Source: Candidatus Delongbacteria bacterium (lineage in GTDB: Bacteria; UBA4055). Taken from it: a DNA stretch of 54,108 nucleotides. A model generated the notes under the pieces. It was not told the origin of the DNA and did no database searches. It was given only the letters and a program-made list of their open reading frames with translations. Of this stretch, positions 18,937-27,483 are shown in pieces; positions within the stretch are counted from its first letter, which is position 1, and every line of letters starts with the position of its first letter. A program made the translations under genes and the position numbers. The DNA lies in contig JAFGVM010000016.1 of NCBI GenBank assembly GCA_016937995.1, positions 165,224-219,331 on the forward strand, read 5' to 3'.

Positions 18937-19629
18937 ATGAAATATAAATGTGGATTAGAAATTTTGGATAAAAATATAAATGGTTTTACAACCAGTGAAA
19001 TGATCGTCTTCGGAGCTAGACCAGGACATGGTAATATATTCCTTCTACTTTCAGTAGTCAGAGGTATTTACAATAATGCTGAAAATAAACCTAAGATCAT
19101 GGTTCTGACAAATAGACAACAGGATAAATTCCCTGCAAACAAAGGAGATAAGAAGATTTTTAATATCGTTTACGATCAGTCACAGGATCTAAAAAGTTTC
19201 TTTGAGCAACTTTACAAGGTGATTGAATTATCGAAACCGGAGATAATTGTTTTTGATATTAATTCTTTATACTTTAACAGGAGCAAAGATTTTTACAGAA
19301 AATTGAAAAAGATCACTCTCGAAAACGATACTATGATTATAATTAATTCGTTATTGAAAAGAAAAGCAGATCAGAGAGTATATAGGCAACTTCAAGTGTC
19401 TGATCTTGAAGCTTCAAATGTGGTAGATGAAATAGCTGATAAAGTTGTTTTAATGTTCAGACCTGAGGTTTATGGGATCATGGATTGTAATGGTAGAAAG
19501 CAAAAAGGATTAGCTGACCTTGTCATATTCATGAACGATAACATCTATACTAATATTTTCCTTAATTTTGACGAAAATAAGAAAATATTCGATGAGAACT
19601 TGAAGAATCGGGGATATTATTATTTGTAA
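18937..19629 (+). CDS. Degenerate DnaB-like helicase C-terminal (RecA-fold) domain protein
   Basis: GLEILDKNINGFTTSEMIVFGARPGHGN and SDLEASNVVDEIADKVVLMFRPEVYG mirror DnaB motifs. AAGGAG RBS supports ATG 18937 rather than 18886. Confidence 0.8.
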   Translation: MKYKCGLEILDKNINGFTTSEMIVFGARPGHGNIFLLLSVVRGIYNNAENKPKIMVLTNRQQDKFPANKGDKKIFNIVYDQSQDLKSFFEQLYKVIELSKPEIIVFDINSLYFNRSKDFYRKLKKITLENDTMIIINSLLKRKADQRVYRQLQVSDLEASNVVDEIADKVVLMFRPEVYGIMDCNGRKQKGLADLVIFMNDNIYTNIFLNFDENKKIFDENLKNRGYYYL

Positions 19630-19653
19630 AGGCAGGTTCTACTGCCTTTTTTT
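19626..19653. terminator. Terminator between the small-ORF array and the convergent abiEii
   Basis: AAAGGCAG-gttcta-CTGCCTTT followed by a T run. Confidence 0.7.
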
Positions 19654-20521
19654 ATCCCTTCAACCGATCTTCCGTAATCGACACAAAAAAATCCTTCGAC
19701 CACAATTTCAACTCGGTTGAATCTGCTATGAAAGGAAATATGTCATTCTTTGCACTTTTATAATCTATTTCATTAAATTTCTTAAACAATAACTCTTTTA
19801 TATCAACTAAAGTCAAAATATTATCATGATCCAAATGCCCGGATTGCTTCATTCTCTGAGTTAAATGATCTAAATTCAGTTGAGCACCCTGAGATAAGTA
19901 CCAGACATAATCATATAGATCTCTACCTTTTGTTCTATTACTACCCCATCCCCTGCATAACAAAGCATGTACTTTTCCTGCAAATAACGATGGCAACGAA
20001 AATAATCTTACATGATATGGGATCGGTATAAGCTGATACTTTATTTCGTAATCTGCTCCATCAGGTGGATCTGTATCGATCTCCAGCTTAATTTTTATCA
20101 GCTCATTGTTATGTAATTTAGAAATCCCCGGTATTTTTGAAGAAATATCCAATATATGGATTTTCGTTCCACCTTTTATAAATGCTGATTCTATATTAGA
20201 AGAAATACTCTTAACCTTTTTTTCTACTTCCATATCGAAACCATAAGCACCCAATTCATCCTTAATAAATTTACAATATGGCTCTATCTCAAAATTTGGA
20301 TCTTTTTTGATCAGCGAAAAATCCAAGTCTTCAGAAAAACGATTTAATCCGTAAAAGATCCTAAGGGCAGAACCACCATAAAATGCTGCAATATTAAAAA
20401 AGTCAGCTCTGTATAATCCCAGTAGAGCTATTTCTTGAATAATTTCTTTTAAGGCATTTTTATAATCATCTGTAGTTACACAGCTATATTTTTTCAACAT
20501 TGATTCAACCGCACTATGCAT
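19652..20521 (-). CDS. AbiEii/AbiGii-family nucleotidyltransferase toxin (type IV TA)
   Basis: FYGGSALRIFYGLNRFSEDLDFS; KVHALL...KGRDLYD. Confidence 0.92.
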   Translation of the reverse strand: MHSAVESMLKKYSCVTTDDYKNALKEIIQEIALLGLYRADFFNIAAFYGGSALRIFYGLNRFSEDLDFSLIKKDPNFEIEPYCKFIKDELGAYGFDMEVEKKVKSISSNIESAFIKGGTKIHILDISSKIPGISKLHNNELIKIKLEIDTDPPDGADYEIKYQLIPIPYHVRLFSLPSLFAGKVHALLCRGWGSNRTKGRDLYDYVWYLSQGAQLNLDHLTQRMKQSGHLDHDNILTLVDIKELLFKKFNEIDYKSAKNDIFPFIADSTELKLWSKDFFVSITEDRLKG

Positions 20522-20531
20522 TTTACTCCTT

Positions 20532-21107
20532 TTATGTCAAAAACTTTAAGAATCTATCCAACAGCTTTTTTCTGTACAATGGAACCAATAACTTTAATTC
20601 CTTTTTGTCTAATGAAAAGACCTGTTCTCTATCAAACCTTAGATCATCAAATAACAACTTCTCAATATCATAGTCAGCTTTTAATTTTTTGATCTTATAC
20701 AACGTATCGCAAACAGCTTTTTCTTTTGTTGCTATTAAAAATGGTTCGTTTTCTTCTTCAATGAGTACTACACTTTGATAATAAACCAAAGGATTTATGT
20801 ATCGATACAGGAATTTCCCTACCGGTGTTTCAAAAAGTTTGTCTTTATTTTTGTTAAACACTGCGGAGGTAACAACTTGAACTTTTTCAGGAATAATACC
20901 ATGCCACGAAAGTGCGTATTCAAATGAAATGTATGAAGGACCGTAGATTATATTTGCAAGAGTATTTCTATTGTAATCATTATCTTTGATATAAAGTCCG
21001 CGCTTAATCTTAATTACTTCACCTGACTTAATCATAGTTGTTAATTTTGATTTTGGTGAAGCATATTCAGCCAGGCTTTCCATTAAATATAAAGTATCAA
21101 AATACAC
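20532..21107 (-). CDS. AbiEi-family antitoxin/transcriptional regulator
   Basis: wHTH ending KIKRGLY; PSYISFEYALSWHGIIPE; ATKEKAVCD; lies directly upstream of abiEii. GTG 21107 has an AGGGAG RBS; TTG 21131 is the alternative. Confidence 0.88.
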   Translation of the reverse strand: MYFDTLYLMESLAEYASPKSKLTTMIKSGEVIKIKRGLYIKDNDYNRNTLANIIYGPSYISFEYALSWHGIIPEKVQVVTSAVFNKNKDKLFETPVGKFLYRYINPLVYYQSVVLIEEENEPFLIATKEKAVCDTLYKIKKLKADYDIEKLLFDDLRFDREQVFSLDKKELKLLVPLYRKKLLDRFLKFLT

Positions 21108-21136
21108 AGACTTCTCCCTTTTCTCCGGCAAGTATG

Positions 21137-21165
21137 AATATATCGTATTTTTCAGAGAAAGTCAA
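21137..21165 (-). promoter_or_regulatory. Promoter of the abiE operon
   Basis: Minus strand TTGACT-N17-TATATT. Confidence 0.65.
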
Positions 21166-21183
21166 GAATTGAATTACAACAAA

Positions 21184-22200
21184 TTAAAATGCTTTCGCAC
21201 CTGTGATTATGATCGATAAATTTCCCTCTAATGAAGAAGCTGCTTCTACTCTTATACCTATATCTTTAATTTTGTAGATAAACCCTCCCCCATATCCGAG
21301 TTTGATATTCTTCATTGAAAGATCTTCAATTTTATTAAATACATCTCCAACAGATAAAAAAGAAGTAAGCGAAACTGCTTTGTAGATCAGAATATCGTAC
21401 TGCGACTGAAAAGCCATCATATTTCTGTCAACAAAACGTCTTTCCGGATATCCTCTCAGAATAGAACTCCCTCCCAAGGATGAGAGCTGATGATAATGGG
21501 GTTCTCCCCCGACGATTCTTGTGATCAATTGCAGGTTTATAGCTGATTGATTGATCGATCTATAGTAAGCTAATTGACTTTCAAATATTTTAAGCGACTC
21601 AGATTTCCCCAGAGATTCAGGAAAATATATAAAAGAATTTTCAAATAAAATTCCATCTCTGTAAAAATCATCAGTAATTGTATCATATCTTATCTTTAAT
21701 CCGATACCTGTAGAATAAATATCTCTTTGATCCAACTCTGGAATATCCTCTGAACTGTAACCGGGACTGTAATAAAAAATATTTACAGAAAAAAAACTTT
21801 TCCAGTTCTCATAAAATTCTAAACCAACGTCAAAGTGATCTTCAAGAAAGAAATAACCGTATTTAAACTCATTCCCCAATTCAGAACCGTTACCAACACC
21901 GTAATACTCCAGATAGTAATCCTCAAACCAGAACTTGTTCTCTAAAAATACTGATCCCAGCTTTTTTTCTGTGATAACGAAAAATATTTTCTGGTCTTTG
22001 AATGTATAGATAAGATTACTGAATATCTTGTCTTCGTCATTGCAGTTGTAATTGAAGAATGTTCCTAACGCAACACTTGTATCTGTTGTGTAGAAACCGA
22101 AAGGAAAAATTATATAATCTCCTTCAGTTTTGGTTGAATCTGATTGGGAATAAGAAGATCCCGCAATAAGAAGCAATAATAATAAAGATACTTTTCTCAT
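21184..22200 (-). CDS. Omp85/BamA-TamA-like outer-membrane beta-barrel without POTRA domains
   Basis: Signal peptide from ATG 22200 (MRKVSLLLL); LGGSSILRGY..RRF lid motif; terminal Phe. Confidence 0.75.
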   Translation of the reverse strand: MRKVSLLLLLLIAGSSYSQSDSTKTEGDYIIFPFGFYTTDTSVALGTFFNYNCNDEDKIFSNLIYTFKDQKIFFVITEKKLGSVFLENKFWFEDYYLEYYGVGNGSELGNEFKYGYFFLEDHFDVGLEFYENWKSFFSVNIFYYSPGYSSEDIPELDQRDIYSTGIGLKIRYDTITDDFYRDGILFENSFIYFPESLGKSESLKIFESQLAYYRSINQSAINLQLITRIVGGEPHYHQLSSLGGSSILRGYPERRFVDRNMMAFQSQYDILIYKAVSLTSFLSVGDVFNKIEDLSMKNIKLGYGGGFIYKIKDIGIRVEAASSLEGNLSIIITGAKAF

Positions 22201-22299
22201 AATAGATGATCGGTTTGTTAGGACTTCAATATAAATGATGAAGCTTAGTATTACAATGAATAATTTACAGGACACTGTTCTTCAAAAACTTTTTATTTC

Positions 22300-22328
22300 T
22301 TGCCTACAATAACTTATAGATATATATT
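22300..22328 (+). promoter_or_regulatory. Promoter for the kinase-like gene
   Basis: TTGCCT-N17-TATATT. Confidence 0.55.
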
Positions 22329-22372
22329 AATCTTAATTTTATGTTAGTTACAAAAAACGCAATGGGTTCTGT

Positions 22373-23179
22373 ATGGAAAAAAAGATCATAGAGAAATTGA
22401 AAGACATTTATTACTACATGCAATATGGTAAACTGATGCCGGGATTTATTCATAACATCAATGGAAAGATCACTGCAGTTGACTCAAAACTTCAGATAAC
22501 TTCTATGAAAACTCAGATGAAGCTTAAGAAACTTATTGCAAAAAAAGAAGAAATTGATCCGGAAGTATTTGAAACAACAAAAGCTGAATATGAAAACTTA
22601 CTCGAAACCATAGAACAATTGAAAAACCCAATGACCGAATTAACGGGACTTATGAAGACTATAAATGAAAAAGTGTTCAATGAAAGTAGTCCCGGAATTC
22701 AAATGATCGACATAAACGGCACCATAAAAAGCTTTGATGAATTTTTTAAATTCTATAAGAGATATAAACACGATACCGAAGTTATAATGGATCTGGAGGG
22801 TAATCCTTTTGTTAAAATGGAATACCGGGATGTTTATTTGATACTTTATACAATAGTGAGAAACGCTGTGGATTCTACTTATCTAGGCAGTTCAGAATCA
22901 AAGCAGATACGTTTTACAACAAATAATCACAGTAATCATGTTGATCTAAAAATTTTCTGTAACGGAAGAAAGATCACTGACGAAAATAAATTATTCGACC
23001 CGCTCTATACCACAAAGGTCGATTACTCAGATACTAACCAAAATGATGATGATCCGAAAGGTGCCGGTCTTGATCTGTATTTCCTCAAAATGATCCTGGA
23101 AAAATATGAAGGCTATGATTACAGCTTGAAAAATGTAGAAGGTGGAACTGAGTTTAGAATAAAGTTGTTGAAAAAATAG
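22373..23179 (+). CDS. Cytoplasmic sensor-less histidine kinase-like protein (HisKA + degenerate HATPase_c)
   Basis: H-box GFIHNING, N-box IVRNAVD, F-box LFDPLYTTK, G2-like GAGLDL, terminal GGTEFRIKL. Confidence 0.75.
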   Translation: MEKKIIEKLKDIYYYMQYGKLMPGFIHNINGKITAVDSKLQITSMKTQMKLKKLIAKKEEIDPEVFETTKAEYENLLETIEQLKNPMTELTGLMKTINEKVFNESSPGIQMIDINGTIKSFDEFFKFYKRYKHDTEVIMDLEGNPFVKMEYRDVYLILYTIVRNAVDSTYLGSSESKQIRFTTNNHSNHVDLKIFCNGRKITDENKLFDPLYTTKVDYSDTNQNDDDPKGAGLDLYFLKMILEKYEGYDYSLKNVEGGTEFRIKLLKK

Positions 23180-23188
23180 GTGATAATT

Positions 23189-23273
23189 ATCCTAACAGGA
23201 TATAATTCCCATAACCACAGGTTTCTACCTGTGAGATAACACCTGGATACCCGGATCAAGTCCGAGTATGACA
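23189..23273. repeat. Intergenic palindromes including half of a MITE-like element
   Basis: CACAGGT-ttct-ACCTGTG hairpin; 23244-23273 matches the reverse complement of 17838-17867 at 26/30 positions. Confidence 0.65.
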
Positions 23274-23334
23274 GACAGTAAAAATAGGACAAACAGCAGT
23301 GCTGTTCTACTTGTATTCGAGAAACAAGAAAAGA

Positions 23335-26300
23335 ATGAAAATAACTAAGAAGAAAATACTGAAATTATTTTTATACCTAGCAGGATTGTTCCTGCTTTTT
23401 ATTTTAGGTTTATTTTTAATGCTCCAGTACTTCTTCCCCTCTTCTTTTGTAAAATCACAGATCGAAAAATATGTAATGGACAATTACGGAATCTCATTAA
23501 AAATAAATGAACTTGATTTTAGTTTGTTCAGTGGAATTGAAGTCACAGATTTCAGCATTAAGGACAATGATATCCCTGATTCCCTTTTCAGTTTCGATTC
23601 ATTTCAATTGAAATACGATCTGTTACCATTGAAAGATAAAAAACTCGTCATAAACAAACTTACAGTTCAGCACCCGAAGATCTCTATTGTAAGAGATAAG
23701 AACGGTAGATTTAATTTTGATGGTATAATAGAAAAATTAAAAAATAAACAAAAAACTGTTGAAGAACCTGATAAGATAAAGGATGTTAGTAATTCTTCCT
23801 TTGTAGTTAATCTGGAAAATCTTGATGTAAATAATGTTGAACTCCTTTACGATGACAGCTCCCCTGAATCTCCAATAAAAGCAAAGCTTCCAAGGTATAA
23901 CGTAAAGCTTAGAAATGTAAAATTCAAAGATCTGGATGATATGAAGGTTGATCTTTCAATATCTACAGCGGAAAATAATTCATTCAGTATCAGATTTAAA
24001 GACAACAGTGCCGAATTGAAACAGGATCTAAATCTTAATGTCAAAGTGGTTAATGAGAATATAAATGTTAATATTATTCACAGCTTGAGCAGTATTAACT
24101 TCAGAAACAAAGATATTTCCTTAAAAAATGTCGGTGCTAAAAAAGTTGATATGAAAATTTCTTACAATCTGAAAACTGATTCACTGAGTATCGGAAAACT
24201 GCAATTCAGTTTCGCTGACATGATATCTGCCGAATTAACAGGCAATGTTAAAAATGTTTCGACTTCCCAGATAGCAGAGATTAAGATCACCAGAGCCAAT
24301 GTTAACTTTGATAAGATTTTGGATTTCATTAAAGAAAATAAACTGCTCGAACCTCCTCCGGTTTTATTAACAGACACACAATTATCGGTTAAAGATCTGA
24401 CTTTAATGAATGTAGTTTCTACTGGTAACACAGAGATCAAAGGAACATCATACTTTAATTCTTCAAAAATTATTTATCGTGAAAAAGATATTCTTGCAGT
24501 TATAAATGATTTAAACACTGAAGTAGCCTTTGAACTCGGTATAAATATTAAAGACATAAAATTGGATAAATCGATAATTGGAGTAAAATCTAAGATCAGA
24601 AATATCTCTGCTAATGTTCAGGGTCAGAAGTACAAGATCAATAATATTTCAGCTGAAATTACACCTGTGTTAACCAAAGACTTAAAACCTCAGAGTGTTT
24701 TACTGACTGCAAATATCGGTGAGATACTTGATGGAAATATCAATTTAAGCACAAATGTTGACCTGTCAGGACTTTCCGACTTTTCCACTGGATCTATAAT
24801 TGAAAATATAGTGCTCAAACTGGATGTTTCCGGGAATGGTATTAAACCATACCGCATCGCCGAGCAGGTTCCGAAGGGTCTTTCAATATCCTTTGTTGAA
24901 CATATGGATATAAAAAAATCTAATGTTTCAAATAAGTTCAACTTAAGTACAAAATTCATTCAACTAAAAGATGAGGAAAAATTATTTTCACCGCTCAATA
25001 ATTTTGAATTAAAAACATTTTTCTCGGTTGATCTGAAAAACTTTAAGAATGAAGTGATCATTCTTGATACCATTAATGCAAAACTGGCTGACTTCAATGA
25101 AACTATTATATCCAATGTTAATATTGATCTAAAAAATAGCATCTTAAATATCGGAAGTTTTAAAACTGACACTGATCTATATAATACTTTAAAGCTGATA
25201 AAACTGACCAAAGAGCCTATGATTGCAAATACTTCTATTGGAAAGGGTCAGGTATATATGGATGCTCACGGAAGATTCAGCTATGCTGATATGACCGGTA
25301 GCGGTAATGCCGAAATAAACATGCTGATAGAAAATTTATCCCATGACGATCTTATGATCAAAGACTTCGTCAAAATAAACGAGAAGATCATAGCCAGTGA
25401 GAACAACATAAGTCTTGTTGGAGATGTAAATATTTCTGATCTGGACTATCATGGAATTCTTAAATCTTACGATATAAAAGGTGATATCAACCTGAAGAAC
25501 TCGATCACATACTTTACGAATGGTGAGATAAGAATAAATAAGGCAGGTGTTGATCTCCCTGATATTCAAACCTCGGCATCATTGACAGGAAAGGCAGATA
25601 TTTCTACAAAAGTCCCTACCTTCAATCTTGAAGCTCAACACAATATCGGACTTCGAAAAGAATATCCTGCAGTTTCACAATTAAAAGACATAAGAGGTCT
25701 TATCTCAGGAACAACAAAATTATCAGGTGACACGAACTATGTTTACATAATTAACCATACTGAAGCTATTAAAGGATTTAATGCAAAAGTGAATTTGGAC
25801 TCTACAGGTAGTCAATATGCTCAGATAAACAATATGAACATTCAATTCCCTTTCAATCTTATAATGAAACTTCCGGAATATGACATTTCTAAGGCTGAAT
25901 TTATAATAACAGACACTTACGATGATAATATTGACTTCAGAGAGTATTCAGAGAACAGAGAAACCTATGCGAGGTATGGATTACCTGTATCCACCGTTAC
26001 TGCAGATGAGATCGAAATTAATCATCCGATGTTGAAAGATAAGATGAAGAACCTTGATGTGGATATGTATTATGACGATAATAAATTAACGATCAACCGA
26101 TACTATTTTGAACTGCTTGATGGAAATGCGACAGGATTTTTAAAACTGGATCTTGGAAAAGGTAAAATGGATGAAAGCATAATGAAGAGAGCTGTTTTAG
26201 ATTTTAACTTCATGGCTTCAGGAATGAATACATATTATCTATCGAACAAAGAGAACAGTGAGCAGGCTTCGACAGAATTGAATACTACAATGACATTAAA

Positions 26301-26628
26301 CTCCATAGGACTGGATTTTATCAATAATCCAAATCTGAACGGTGAGATAAATGTTTCAAAGATATCAGCTGGTGATGCAAAATATCTGCTTGAATTTCTA
26401 AACAAAAGCTCAGGGGATCAGACTGCCGGAATGCTGAAAAATATGCTGAACCTCTTCCCCGGCATAAAAGTGGATCTATTCTCATTCAAGATCAAAAATA
26501 ATTTCCTGTATACCTTGATCAAATTGAAAAAACCATGGTATTTATTCTATTTCCCGTTAGCTGAAGAAATTAAACTTTCGAAACAATCATTGAAATTTTA
26601 TATTGATAAATACGTGGTAGAAGAATAA
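23335..26628 (+). CDS. AsmA-like family protein (putative intermembrane lipid bridge)
   Basis: N-terminal TM anchor, AsmA_N-like segment (LKYDLLPL...PKISIVRDKNGRFNFDGI) and a long beta-rich body. ATG 23335 preferred. Confidence 0.8.
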   Translation: MKITKKKILKLFLYLAGLFLLFILGLFLMLQYFFPSSFVKSQIEKYVMDNYGISLKINELDFSLFSGIEVTDFSIKDNDIPDSLFSFDSFQLKYDLLPLKDKKLVINKLTVQHPKISIVRDKNGRFNFDGIIEKLKNKQKTVEEPDKIKDVSNSSFVVNLENLDVNNVELLYDDSSPESPIKAKLPRYNVKLRNVKFKDLDDMKVDLSISTAENNSFSIRFKDNSAELKQDLNLNVKVVNENINVNIIHSLSSINFRNKDISLKNVGAKKVDMKISYNLKTDSLSIGKLQFSFADMISAELTGNVKNVSTSQIAEIKITRANVNFDKILDFIKENKLLEPPPVLLTDTQLSVKDLTLMNVVSTGNTEIKGTSYFNSSKIIYREKDILAVINDLNTEVAFELGINIKDIKLDKSIIGVKSKIRNISANVQGQKYKINNISAEITPVLTKDLKPQSVLLTANIGEILDGNINLSTNVDLSGLSDFSTGSIIENIVLKLDVSGNGIKPYRIAEQVPKGLSISFVEHMDIKKSNVSNKFNLSTKFIQLKDEEKLFSPLNNFELKTFFSVDLKNFKNEVIILDTINAKLADFNETIISNVNIDLKNSILNIGSFKTDTDLYNTLKLIKLTKEPMIANTSIGKGQVYMDAHGRFSYADMTGSGNAEINMLIENLSHDDLMIKDFVKINEKIIASENNISLVGDVNISDLDYHGILKSYDIKGDINLKNSITYFTNGEIRINKAGVDLPDIQTSASLTGKADISTKVPTFNLEAQHNIGLRKEYPAVSQLKDIRGLISGTTKLSGDTNYVYIINHTEAIKGFNAKVNLDSTGSQYAQINNMNIQFPFNLIMKLPEYDISKAEFIITDTYDDNIDFREYSENRETYARYGLPVSTVTADEIEINHPMLKDKMKNLDVDMYYDDNKLTINRYYFELLDGNATGFLKLDLGKGKMDESIMKRAVLDFNFMASGMNTYYLSNKENSEQASTELNTTMTLNSIGLDFINNPNLNGEINVSKISAGDAKYLLEFLNKSSGDQTAGMLKNMLNLFPGIKVDLFSFKIKNNFLYTLIKLKKPWYLFYFPLAEEIKLSKQSLKFYIDKYVVEE

Positions 26629-26811
26629 TTGAGAATTGAAAATGGAAAATTGACAATTAAACACAGACTGATCAAAAACGAGTATCAGGGAGAAATGCGA
26701 ATTTGCAGGGGCGTAACAACTTACGCCCGATTGAAGAAATCACAATTCAACAAAGATATACGAAGTTTTTTAACCGTCTGAAAAAAGATCCCTCGGAGAA
26801 CTTGAGGGATC
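26627..26811. repeat. Intergenic patchwork of short tandem heptamers and REP-like hairpins
   Basis: AATTGAG-AATTGAA-AATGGAA-AATTGAC; GGGCGTAA-caac-TTACGCCC; ATCCCTC...GAGGGAT. Confidence 0.6.
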
Positions 26812-26910
26812 AATAAACATAGTATTTTGTAGGAGAAAAAAATACTAGTAGAGTTTTGAAGAAGTGAACAACTCTATTATTAATAATAATATATAGATAA
26901 AGGATAGCAT

Positions 26911-27387
26911 ATGATAAAAGTCGGTTTAGGCTATGATGTTCATCGGTTTGAAGAGAACAGGAAATTAATACTCGGTGGAGTTGAAATACCCTATGAAAAA
27001 GGTCTTCAGGGACACAGTGATGCAGACGTACTTTTGCATGCAATTGCAGATGCTTTACTTGGTGCTTTGGCCCTGGGTGACATAGGAGTTCATTTCCCTG
27101 ACACAGAAGAGGAGTTCAAAGGTATGGACAGTATGTTGCTTCTGGAAAAAGTGAATACAAAAGTGAGAGAAAAGGGATATCGTATTGGAAATATCGATTC
27201 TATCATTATTTGTGAAAAACCAAAGCTGATGAACTATATTCTAAAAATGTGTGACAATATCGCGAATTGCCTTGAAACTTCTATCAATAATATTTCTGTT
27301 AAAGCGACTACAACAGAAAAACTGGGTTTTGAAGGAAGAGAGGAAGGTATAGCTGCACAGGCAATCGTACTCTTGAACAGAAAGTAG
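26911..27387 (+). CDS. ispF: 2-C-methyl-D-erythritol 2,4-cyclodiphosphate synthase
   Basis: [38 protein letters not shown]. Confidence 0.98.
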   Translation: MIKVGLGYDVHRFEENRKLILGGVEIPYEKGLQGHSDADVLLHAIADALLGALALGDIGVHFPDTEEEFKGMDSMLLLEKVNTKVREKGYRIGNIDSIIICEKPKLMNYILKMCDNIANCLETSINNISVKATTTEKLGFEGREEGIAAQAIVLLNRK

Positions 27388-27483
27388 GGTCGTACGCAAG
27401 TATTCAGGCTGAAGGGAATTTATCTTCCAAAGGGATATAACAATAATGACCACTGGTTTCACCCTGTGGATAAAAGGACATAA

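Noticed and set aside
18937-19629. Calling this gene dnaB or evidence of a prophage replication module
   Set aside because: It lacks the N-terminal domain and catalytic lysine, and no initiator or phage structural genes are nearby.
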